A stretch of DNA of 64,000 nt from Candidatus Latescibacterota bacterium (GTDB taxonomy: Bacteria > Latescibacterota > UBA2968). Below, piece after piece: positions 37,605 to 46,224 of this stretch; the stretch's first letter is position 1, and each line of letters starts with the position of its first letter. Below the pieces are notes generated by a model. That model saw nothing but the letters and a program-made list of their open reading frames with translations. It searched no databases and was not told the origin of the DNA. Position numbers and translations under genes: made by a program. The stretch spans positions 5,248,001-5,312,000 of the forward strand of contig OZ242320.1 in assembly GCA_965208125.1 (NCBI GenBank), in the 5' to 3' direction.

Positions 37605-38372
37605 ATGCCAGCAGCACTCGTCACCGGATCCAGCAGAGGCATCGGCAGAGGCATTGCGTTTTGCCTTGCCGATGCGGGCTACGACATCCTCGTCAACTAC
37701 GCGGGCAATCTAACCGCAGCAGAAGAAACCGCAACAGGTGTTCGGGAACGCGGACAAAACGTCCATATATGTCAGGGCGACATAACCCGCATAGAAGACG
37801 GCAAACGCCTCGTAGATACCACACTCGACGCCTTTGGCCGCCTCGACATGCTCGTCAACAACGCCGGCATTGCCCCCCGTGTGCGCGCCGACATACTCGA
37901 AGCCACGCCAGAAAGCTATGAAGACGTCATGAACACCAACCTCAAAGGACCCTACTTTTTGACCCAATACGCGGCAAACCACATGATCGCGCTCAAAGAA
38001 CAAGGCAAAATACAAACACCGCGCATTGTTGTCATCACCTCCATATCGGCCTACACCTCTTCAACCGCACGCGGCGAATACTGCGTCTCAAAAGCCGGTC
38101 TGAGCATGATGACGCGTCTATTTGCCGACCGGCTCGCAGAACACGGTATCCCCGTCAATGAAATCCAGCCAGGTATCATCCAGACCGACATGACAGGACC
38201 CGTAAAAGAAAAATACGACCGCCTGATTGCCGATGGACTGACGCCCATCCGCAGGTGGGGACAACCCGAAGACATCGGCAAAGCAGTAGCGGCCATAGGA
38301 CTCGGCTATTTCGACTTCACAACCGGCGCAGCAATCCCGGTTGACGGCGGATTCCACATGCACCGACTCTGA
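37605..38372 (+). CDS. SDR family oxidoreductase (3-ketoacyl-ACP reductase-like)
   Basis: TGSSRGIG, NNAG, YCVSK and VDGG motifs; AGGAGG RBS. Confidence 0.9.
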   Translation: MPAALVTGSSRGIGRGIAFCLADAGYDILVNYAGNLTAAEETATGVRERGQNVHICQGDITRIEDGKRLVDTTLDAFGRLDMLVNNAGIAPRVRADILEATPESYEDVMNTNLKGPYFLTQYAANHMIALKEQGKIQTPRIVVITSISAYTSSTARGEYCVSKAGLSMMTRLFADRLAEHGIPVNEIQPGIIQTDMTGPVKEKYDRLIADGLTPIRRWGQPEDIGKAVAAIGLGYFDFTTGAAIPVDGGFHMHRL

Positions 38373-38427
38373 TTTAGCAACCAGTCCATATCTCCCTATT
38401 TTGCCTTTGATTTCCCAGGGTACGAGG

Positions 38428-38456
38428 TTGACATATCTGCCCTTATATCCTACCTT
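38428..38456 (+). promoter_or_regulatory. Putative sigma-70 promoter
   Basis: TTGACA-17-TACCTT upstream of ORF 38506. Confidence 0.5.
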
Positions 38457-38505
38457 ATAAGCAAATATAAAATATCATATTCGACGCTTTCAAGTGAGGA
38501 CCCAA

Positions 38506-39285
38506 ATGCTGAAACGCTTTTTTTCTAAAAATGACGAAGAACCAGACAATGGTACAAGCAAAGAAAGACAAATCCACATCGAAGGGCAAGACGAGCACGT
38601 TCAGGAAGCCATGGACCTCCTCGCACAAGAGGATCAAGATGAACTCGACGAAGCCCTTGACGAAGTTAATGAAACCGTAAGAGAAGCCGCCAGAGCCTCC
38701 CTGCGCGACCTGAGACTCATGCAAGAGGGCCACTGTCCATCCTGCGGCCACAAAACACTGCGGCAATTTCTCTTTACAACTGTGTGTTCCAGTTGCGGTT
38801 GGTTTTCATTTATCTCGCCCGAAGAAGGCAAATCTCACATCCACCTGCAAAGTGGGCGCACCATCGAATGCGGCACCACATTTGACACCAAAGGCGACTT
38901 TGTACTCGGCATCACAAGCGGTGTGGTTCGCGCCAAAGTACCCAAGGAAAATGTCGAATACATCGAATTTTCCTGGACCGACGAAGAAGTCCGGCGCAAA
39001 CGCGAATCCCGCGCAAAAGAGGAAACGGGAATATGTAGCTGGTGCGAAAAATCCCTCGCCGATGATGGTGATGAAAATATCATTGTCTATGCTGCTTTCG
39101 GCTCCACCCAGGAACGCTATGTATTCTGTTCGGACAAATGCAACGAAGCCTTCCAAAAACAATACCCCATTCGCATCCACAAAAATTGCTACGAACGCTC
39201 CTGCCTCGATTGCGACCTGTGCAACAAACGCTACCTGGGCGAAGACGAGACCTTCCTCAAATTGCTCGAGCAAGGGAAAGTTTGA
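38506..39285 (+). CDS. Cysteine-rich multi-metal-binding hypothetical protein
   Basis: 13 Cys, including CPSC, CSSC, CSWC, CSDKC and CYERSCLDCDLC. Confidence 0.7.
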   Translation: MLKRFFSKNDEEPDNGTSKERQIHIEGQDEHVQEAMDLLAQEDQDELDEALDEVNETVREAARASLRDLRLMQEGHCPSCGHKTLRQFLFTTVCSSCGWFSFISPEEGKSHIHLQSGRTIECGTTFDTKGDFVLGITSGVVRAKVPKENVEYIEFSWTDEEVRRKRESRAKEETGICSWCEKSLADDGDENIIVYAAFGSTQERYVFCSDKCNEAFQKQYPIRIHKNCYERSCLDCDLCNKRYLGEDETFLKLLEQGKV

Positions 39286-39324
39286 GAAGGTGATCAGCAG
39301 TCAGCCCGCCCAACTCCAAAAACC

Positions 39325-39528
39325 AATCCCCCATCACAATAATACGCGATGGGGGATTTTTTTCAGCTTATGTGATTTTCACCGCGTATTTCTGTTTTTT
39401 TGCAGGTTTTGAAATTGAGCATAAAAAAACTGTGAATGAGAATTCCATTCACAGTTCGGAAACACTGGATCGCGGCTCAACATCATGCCGCGATGACGTA
39501 GGGCGGGCACGGGGGCACCGCCCCTACG
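39325..39528. repeat. Cluster of four palindromic elements, including a REP-like GTAGGG...CCCTAC
   Basis: Hairpins at 39325-39358, 39428-39456, 39465-39497 and 39497-39528. Confidence 0.7.
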
Positions 39529-39562
39529 CCTGCCTGCGCTACATCTATCTATATCGCACCTT

Positions 39563-41536
39563 TCATCCGTGTCCATCTGTGTGTATCTGCTTTTGTAGTT
39601 CCTTCTTACCCTTTTCAACATCTTCCATCGCCGTCATAATCCCCTCAATAAACTCATCTGCCGCATCGTCTTTCTGCTTTTGTTGCTGTTCGTAGAGCAA
39701 GCGATAGACCTCGCACTCTTCTATCAAATCGTCGTGGAAACCCCAGCCCGCCATGCGACCATTGTCCAGCACCAGAATGCGATCTGCCCGCATAGCTGTA
39801 GAAATCCGGTGCGTAATCACAAACGTCGTGCGCCCCTCCATCAAATGGTCCAGCGTCTCTTGAATCTTCGCCTCTGTCTTTGCATCCAGCGCCGAAGTCG
39901 TATCGTCCAAAATCAGAATACTGGGATCAGTGACAACAGCCATCGCAAAAGCCAGACGCTGTTTTTGACCGCCCGATAAATTGGTACCGCGCTCCTCGAC
40001 CGGCGCTTCGTATTTTTCTGGCAGCGTCATAATAAAATCGTGCAACTCCGCCGCCTTAGCCGCAGCCATCACCTGCTCGGGCGTGGTATAGGGCTGCCCG
40101 TAGCGAATATTATCGGCAATCGTCCCGGAAAACAGAACGGGTTCCTGCGGCACCATACTGATGTGCTGTCGCAATGAAGAAATTTTGACATCTTGTATAT
40201 CGTAATCGTCCAGAATAATCTTCCCCTCTGTGGGTTCATAAAGACGCATCAACAAACTAACCAGCGTACTCTTCCCCGAACCCGAAGGCCCAACCACAGC
40301 CACCGAAGTGCCAGGCCGCACGACAAACTTGAGATCTCGAAGAACGTAATCACCCGCATCTGTATAGCGAAACGACACATCGCGGAACGACACGCGCCCG
40401 CGCACCTTGTCGAGGGTCTTCGCATCTTCTCTATCCCGAATAATCACCTCTTCATCCAGCACCTCAAACACGCGACTGATCACCACCAGCATCTGTTGCA
40501 ACGTGGCATTCACATTGGCAAGTGCAACCAGTGGCGAAAAAAGATTCCCCATCGACATAGAAAAATAAACCAATTCTCCAACCGTCATCATACCGCCGCG
40601 AACCTGCAACGCGCCATAATAAAAGATCAGACCCATTGCAACCCCCCCCACAACCGAACAGACTGACCCCAAGCCAGAACTCAAAACAGACTGTTTGACG
40701 CCCAGGCGATACAACCCGATCAGACGCCTGAAAAAATCCCGAAACTCCCGTCTCTCTCGCGCATAAGACAGGATGAGGCGAATCCCCTTTGAGCGTTCTT
40801 CCAGCAGCGCAGACACCTCGGCATAATCCTCTCGAAACTGCATAAAAACATTTGCTATCGGACGCTGAAACACCTTATAAGTCACGACGTACGCGGGCAA
40901 TGCAACAAAAGCCATCAGCGCGAGCTTGACATCAATCGTAAACAGAATCGCCGTACCCATCAAAATGCGCGCAACATGCCGCAGCGTCTCTACAAATGTC
41001 GTCGTAATTTCGCTCTGCAACAACCCCACATCATCCAAAATGCGCGCCATAATCCGCCCGGTTTGCTGGCGATCAAAAAACGTCATCTGCAACTGCTGCA
41101 CTTTCTCATGCAGCGCAAGGCGAATGCGGAAAACAATCCGCTGCCCCACATAGGCGATGCTATACGTATAAAACCAGTTGAGCGTGGCAAAAAACGATCT
41201 CACGACCAGGTAGAGAATGAAAATCCACCCCAACCATTCCAGTTTTTCCGTGCGCGTTTTGGGCAGCATTATCCCGCCTTCTTTGCCCAGCCCTGGAATC
41301 GTTGCCTGTGGATCTCGCTTTGGGCGCCTCTCCTCCTGAATCAAAGACTGCATGTGGGCTTCTGAAACGACTTCACCTGCGGGCTTGAGTTGCAAGACCT
41401 CGTCAACTGTAATTTTTGAAATGAACCCGAGCAAAAACGTATAGGACGACGTAATAGTGGCCATCATAATGACCATTAACATACGCCCCCAATACGGCTT
41501 GATATACAAAATGGTAAATCGCTTTAAGTTTTCCAT
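39563..41536 (-). CDS. ABC exporter half-transporter (degenerate Walker B ILILDD)
   Basis: TMD plus GPSGSGKS, LSGGQKQR and ITHR motifs. Confidence 0.9.
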   Translation of the reverse strand: MENLKRFTILYIKPYWGRMLMVIMMATITSSYTFLLGFISKITVDEVLQLKPAGEVVSEAHMQSLIQEERRPKRDPQATIPGLGKEGGIMLPKTRTEKLEWLGWIFILYLVVRSFFATLNWFYTYSIAYVGQRIVFRIRLALHEKVQQLQMTFFDRQQTGRIMARILDDVGLLQSEITTTFVETLRHVARILMGTAILFTIDVKLALMAFVALPAYVVTYKVFQRPIANVFMQFREDYAEVSALLEERSKGIRLILSYARERREFRDFFRRLIGLYRLGVKQSVLSSGLGSVCSVVGGVAMGLIFYYGALQVRGGMMTVGELVYFSMSMGNLFSPLVALANVNATLQQMLVVISRVFEVLDEEVIIRDREDAKTLDKVRGRVSFRDVSFRYTDAGDYVLRDLKFVVRPGTSVAVVGPSGSGKSTLVSLLMRLYEPTEGKIILDDYDIQDVKISSLRQHISMVPQEPVLFSGTIADNIRYGQPYTTPEQVMAAAKAAELHDFIMTLPEKYEAPVEERGTNLSGGQKQRLAFAMAVVTDPSILILDDTTSALDAKTEAKIQETLDHLMEGRTTFVITHRISTAMRADRILVLDNGRMAGWGFHDDLIEECEVYRLLYEQQQKQKDDAADEFIEGIMTAMEDVEKGKKELQKQIHTDGHG

Positions 41537-41540
41537 AACC

Positions 41541-43316
41541 TCAACTCGCCATAGCCTCTACAGCCTCTTCAATAGACCCAGCAGCCTGCTGCTCGTAAAG
41601 CTGGCGATACTTTCCATCGGGTATTTGCAACAATTCGCTGTGCGTCCCCTGTTCAATAATCTCGCCGTGATCCATCACAACAATAATATCCGCATTGACA
41701 ATCGTCGATAATCGGTGTGCAATGGCAAAGGACGTGCGCTCCTTTAACACCCTGGTCATCGCCTTCTGTATCAGAGCCTCCGATAGAGAATCGAGTGACG
41801 AAGTCGCTTCATCCAGAATTAAAACCGACGGATTGGTCAGCACGGCTCTCGCAATGGCAAGGCGCTGCTTTTCTCCCACAGACAGTTTAATCCCATCTTT
41901 CCCCAGCATCGAATCGTAACCCTCGGGCGTACGCATAATAAATTCGTGAATCTCGGCAATGCGCGCCGCCTCGATCAACTCGGCATCTGTGGCATCTGCG
42001 CGGCCATACAGCAAATTCTCCCGGATCGTACCATCAAACATCACCGAATCTTGCAACACCTGTCCGATCTGTGTACGCAAGGTGCGCAGCTTTACATCTT
42101 GCAAATCGTGACCATCAATTGTAATACGCCCTTCCTTCACATCGTAAAATCGCATCAACAAACTCGTCAATGTCGTCTTGCCGCATCCCGTATGCCCCAC
42201 CAGTGCCACCATCTGCCCCGGCTGCACCTCGAGGTTAATCCCCTTCAAAACAGGCTCATCCTCTTTGTACTCAAAATGCACATCTTCAAATTTAATATGC
42301 CCTTTTATCGGTGGCAATTCGACAGCATCTTCCTTGTCCTTAATCTCTATGGGAAAATCTAAAATTTCCAAGACGCGCTCCACAGACACCATCACGGATT
42401 GAAGACGCATAGCAATTTGCGTGAGATTGAGAATGGGCTGAAACATCCGGCTCGAATACGAAAAAAAGGCCATCACAGCCCCATAAGTCATCTCACCCTC
42501 AATCACGTAATAACAGCCCAAACAAAAAATCACCGTATTGCGCAATCCCGACACCCCCCAGGACCCCGCCATATAGCCAGCGCGATTCGTGGCAGTTTGC
42601 ATCGCCGCATCCAAACTCTGGTGCGTATCTTCTGCAAATGCGCGGTGTTCTCTGCGCTCTCGCCCATAAGATTTCACCAGTTGCACCCCGGCCAACCGCT
42701 CTTGTAGTCCAACCGACACCTGGTCCATTTTTCTGCGCCAGAGACTGTACGACTCCCGCATTGGCGTGCGCCACCCGTAATAATTAAAAAAATATAGGGG
42801 CATCAGCAAAAGCAGCAGACACCCCATCTTCCAATTCAAACCCATACACAGCGCAAGCGCCACCCAGAACGACACAAAATCAACGAGAATGCCCAGCATG
42901 CGCGACGTCACCATACTGCGCACATTCGCAATATCAGACATAATGCGCGACATAATCTTGCCCGTACCCATCTCGTCGTAAAAGCGCATGGGTAATTTCA
43001 ACATGTGCTCATACGTGAACCTCCGCATACTCGTCGTTATCCCCCACCCCACATACGCATTGGTGAATGAGATCCAAACGCGCATCGCAGCGGACGTGAT
43101 AGGCAGGCAAATCGAAATAAACAGAAGCACTTCCAGTAAATGCCAGTTGCCCAGGGTAATGACATCATCGATGATAAACTTCATCACCAGAGGGGGCAGC
43201 ATGCTCAATGTCGTCATCGTCGCTGTCAGGCACACCAGCAAGATCAGGCGCGATTTAAAAGGGGTGACAAAATGCACGAACTTGCGCAGCTTGTCGGTAT
43301 TGCTCTCCTCTGCCAT
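41541..43316 (-). CDS. ABC exporter half-transporter (signature LSVGE)
   Basis: TMD plus GHTGCGKT, LILDEATS and IAHR motifs. Confidence 0.9.
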   Translation of the reverse strand: MAEESNTDKLRKFVHFVTPFKSRLILLVCLTATMTTLSMLPPLVMKFIIDDVITLGNWHLLEVLLFISICLPITSAAMRVWISFTNAYVGWGITTSMRRFTYEHMLKLPMRFYDEMGTGKIMSRIMSDIANVRSMVTSRMLGILVDFVSFWVALALCMGLNWKMGCLLLLLMPLYFFNYYGWRTPMRESYSLWRRKMDQVSVGLQERLAGVQLVKSYGRERREHRAFAEDTHQSLDAAMQTATNRAGYMAGSWGVSGLRNTVIFCLGCYYVIEGEMTYGAVMAFFSYSSRMFQPILNLTQIAMRLQSVMVSVERVLEILDFPIEIKDKEDAVELPPIKGHIKFEDVHFEYKEDEPVLKGINLEVQPGQMVALVGHTGCGKTTLTSLLMRFYDVKEGRITIDGHDLQDVKLRTLRTQIGQVLQDSVMFDGTIRENLLYGRADATDAELIEAARIAEIHEFIMRTPEGYDSMLGKDGIKLSVGEKQRLAIARAVLTNPSVLILDEATSSLDSLSEALIQKAMTRVLKERTSFAIAHRLSTIVNADIIVVMDHGEIIEQGTHSELLQIPDGKYRQLYEQQAAGSIEEAVEAMAS

Positions 43317-43459
43317 ATCGATCTCATTTCAAAAATAAGTTGCAGATTTTTGGATCTCGACGCTTCTTTATTTATACATCTTTGGACAAACATAAATAAT
43401 ATTTAAGAACAGATATAAAAATATAAAGACACCTTTTAATTAAATCAAGCTCATCAGCC

Positions 43460-44743
43460 ATGAAAAATCTCACAACAATGACCATTGCGCAAATTCGCGC
43501 CCATATCAAATCTATCAATCGCCCTGACGAAGCATACCTCCGTGCCCTCGAACAGGATCCGCGCGCAGGTGTTCGCGCAATCGCAGAACAAGTGAGAAAA
43601 AAGCAAAAAGCACAGGCGCGTGAAAAAGCGCGCCTCGAACAAATGCTCACCATAGAAAAAAAACTCAGAGAACGGGGCATCCAGCACATCGCAGGCGTGG
43701 ATGAAGCCGGGCGAGGTCCTCTCGCGGGTCCCGTTGTCGCCGCTGCGGTTATCCTACCGCTCGATACACTCATCTCCGGCTTGAACGACTCTAAAGCACT
43801 ATCTGAAAAACGCAGAGCAGAACTTTTTGAAACCATCCACAATACAGCCCTCGCCATTGGCGTGGGCAAAGCATCTCCACAAGAAATAGACAAATACAAT
43901 ATCCGCAACGCCACCCATCAGGCCATGTGCGAGGCACTCACCGCCCTCAGCATTTCGCCTGACCGCGTGCTCATCGACGGCAATGCCATTCCCGGCAGTC
44001 CATTCCCCGAACAAGCGGTCATAGGCGGTGATCGGGCATCTCTTTCTATCGCCGCCGCGTCTGTTATCGCCAAAGTAACGCGCGATCGTCTAATGATCGA
44101 TTACCACGCGCAATACCCCGCTTACGGCTTTGCCAGTCACAAAGGATATGGCAGCGCCGATCACCTCGCCGCCTTGCAAAAACACGGCCCCTGTCCCATC
44201 CACCGCCAATCTTTCCAGGGCGTCTTTGATGCCAAGAGTTCTGAAGACTTTAAAATTTTTGCCGAAGGCATTCGCGCAGCGATGAACCTCAACCAACTTC
44301 AAGCCATGGGAAAAACCATTGCCAGTGCCAGCAAACATATCTCACAGGATGAGGTACAGGCCTTGCGCATGCTATTTCGCAAACAACGCACCCGCCTGCA
44401 ACAATCCGGTCCAAAAGGCGAACAATTGGCAGAAATATTTCTCAAACAAAAGGGATACGGCATTCGCGCGCGCGGATTTCGCGCCCTGGGCGGTGAAATC
44501 GACCTCATTGCAGAAAAAAATAACGTCCTGATCTTCGTAGAAGTCAAAACCGCGACCACGCCGCATTTTGGACAACCAGAGACTCGGGTAACACCAGCCA
44601 AACAAGCGCAAATCATCAAAATCGCAAAAGCCTACCTGACACAACACCCCGATCACGCGGCACCGCGATTTGACGTCATTGCCGTTGACCTGACACAACC
44701 GCGCCCTACCATCCGCCACTACGAAAACGCTTTTACAGCTTAG
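43460..44743 (+). CDS. rnhB: Ribonuclease HII fused to C-terminal YraN (UPF0102) nuclease domain
   Basis: GVDEAGRGPLAGPV, DSK, SIAAASVIAKVTRD and HKGYG, then GEQLA...GEIDLIA...FVEVKT...RFDVIAV. Confidence 0.92.
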   Translation: MKNLTTMTIAQIRAHIKSINRPDEAYLRALEQDPRAGVRAIAEQVRKKQKAQAREKARLEQMLTIEKKLRERGIQHIAGVDEAGRGPLAGPVVAAAVILPLDTLISGLNDSKALSEKRRAELFETIHNTALAIGVGKASPQEIDKYNIRNATHQAMCEALTALSISPDRVLIDGNAIPGSPFPEQAVIGGDRASLSIAAASVIAKVTRDRLMIDYHAQYPAYGFASHKGYGSADHLAALQKHGPCPIHRQSFQGVFDAKSSEDFKIFAEGIRAAMNLNQLQAMGKTIASASKHISQDEVQALRMLFRKQRTRLQQSGPKGEQLAEIFLKQKGYGIRARGFRALGGEIDLIAEKNNVLIFVEVKTATTPHFGQPETRVTPAKQAQIIKIAKAYLTQHPDHAAPRFDVIAVDLTQPRPTIRHYENAFTA

Positions 44744-44747
44744 GGAG

Positions 44748-44841
44748 CAGTCAGCTTTCAGCCCGCCCTTCCGCCACCCCAGTTGGGTGCATAGGTTGAC
44801 TGCTGGTTTTCCTGACCGCTGACAGCTAACCGCTGATTGCT
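44748..44841. repeat. Inverted heptamer tandem arrays
   Basis: CAGTCAG-CTTTCAG on the left; CTGACCG-CTGACAG-CTAACCG-CTGATTG on the right. Confidence 0.6.
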
Positions 44842-44850
44842 TCTTAAACC

Positions 44851-44879
44851 TTGACAATACCACCTCTTACCTTTAACTT
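44851..44879 (+). promoter_or_regulatory. Putative sigma-70 promoter of hisS-aspS
   Basis: TTGACA-17-TAACTT. Confidence 0.55.
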
Positions 44880-44922
44880 TGATATTTTCTTATAAAAAAT
44901 AAACTATAACGGATATACACCC

Positions 44923-46215
44923 ATGCCACAGTTAATTCCCAAGGTAAAGGGCACCCGCGATTTTTATCCCGAAGATTGGGCCTACCAGAAGTGGCTCTGC
45001 GAGAAATTTATCGGCGTTGGCAATCTCTTTGGATATAGAGAATACGAAAGCACAATCCTCGAATACATGGCCCTATACCTGGGCAAAAGCAGCGAAGAAA
45101 TCGTCACACAGCAGACATTCACGCTATCTGATCGAGACGACAAACAACTCGTCATGCGCCCAGAACTCACACCCACACTCGCGCGCATGGTCGCCCAAAA
45201 AGAAGGCGAACTCACCTTCCCTATTCGCTGGCAATCCTACGGACGGTTCTTCCGCTACGAGCGTCCCCAACGCGGGCGCGGGCGTTCCTTTTTTCAATGG
45301 AACATCGACGCCCTCGGCAGCGATAGCTATCTGGCTGATGCCGAAATAATCACCATAGCCTGCACGCTATTCAAACACCTTGGTCTCAGTAGCGAACACG
45401 CCACCATCAAAGTCAACGACCGACAGGCCCTCGAAAATTTAATCGCCAAAGAACTGGCCTTATCACCCGAGGATATCAAACCCGTTTTTGGGGCCATTGA
45501 TCGCATAGACAAAATTCCCGAGGAAAAATTCCGCACCTATCTGGCCAATGATCTGAATCTCAGTGCAGGTCAAATCGACACCCTCTACGAAATCCTTCAA
45601 ACAGCAGACCTGACGTTTTCCCCCTGGCTCCAGCGCATTTTTGAGCAACTCGACCAAAATGGTATTATAGACCTCGTAGAACTCGACCTCAAAATCGTGC
45701 GAGGTTTTGACTATTATACGCGTACGGTATTTGAAGCCTGGGCAAAAACCACGCTACGCCGCGCCCTCTTTGGAGGTGGCCGTTACGACAACCTCACACG
45801 TCAAGTAGGCGGCAAGCGCCAGGTACCCGGCGTGGGATTTGCAGTCGGCGATATGGCCATCACCGAATTGCTCAAAGAAATAGACACTTATCCTCAACTC
45901 GAAACACCCGGTGCCCGCGTCTTTGTTACGGTATTCGCAGAAGACCTTCTCACCCAATCGTCTTCTTTTGCCGAAAAACTGCGCCAGGAAGGTATCGCAA
46001 CAGAACTGCATCTCATTCCGGGACAGCGTCTCGACAGACAATTCAAATATGCAGATCGCCAAAATATACCCTTTGCGGCGGTTATTGGACCAGACGAGGC
46101 GTCTGCAAATACCATCGTACTCAAAGACCTCAAAGCGCGCGCGCAACAAATTTTTTCACAAAACGACCTGTGCGCGATAAAAACAACGCTTAAAAACGGA
46201 ATTACCCAAGCGTAG
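44923..46215 (+). CDS. hisS: Histidine--tRNA ligase
   Basis: KGTRDF, RPELT, FRYERPQRGR, VRGFDYY and GGGRYD motifs. Confidence 0.95.
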   Translation: MPQLIPKVKGTRDFYPEDWAYQKWLCEKFIGVGNLFGYREYESTILEYMALYLGKSSEEIVTQQTFTLSDRDDKQLVMRPELTPTLARMVAQKEGELTFPIRWQSYGRFFRYERPQRGRGRSFFQWNIDALGSDSYLADAEIITIACTLFKHLGLSSEHATIKVNDRQALENLIAKELALSPEDIKPVFGAIDRIDKIPEEKFRTYLANDLNLSAGQIDTLYEILQTADLTFSPWLQRIFEQLDQNGIIDLVELDLKIVRGFDYYTRTVFEAWAKTTLRRALFGGGRYDNLTRQVGGKRQVPGVGFAVGDMAITELLKEIDTYPQLETPGARVFVTVFAEDLLTQSSSFAEKLRQEGIATELHLIPGQRLDRQFKYADRQNIPFAAVIGPDEASANTIVLKDLKARAQQIFSQNDLCAIKTTLKNGITQA

Positions 46216-46224
46216 GAGACAGCC

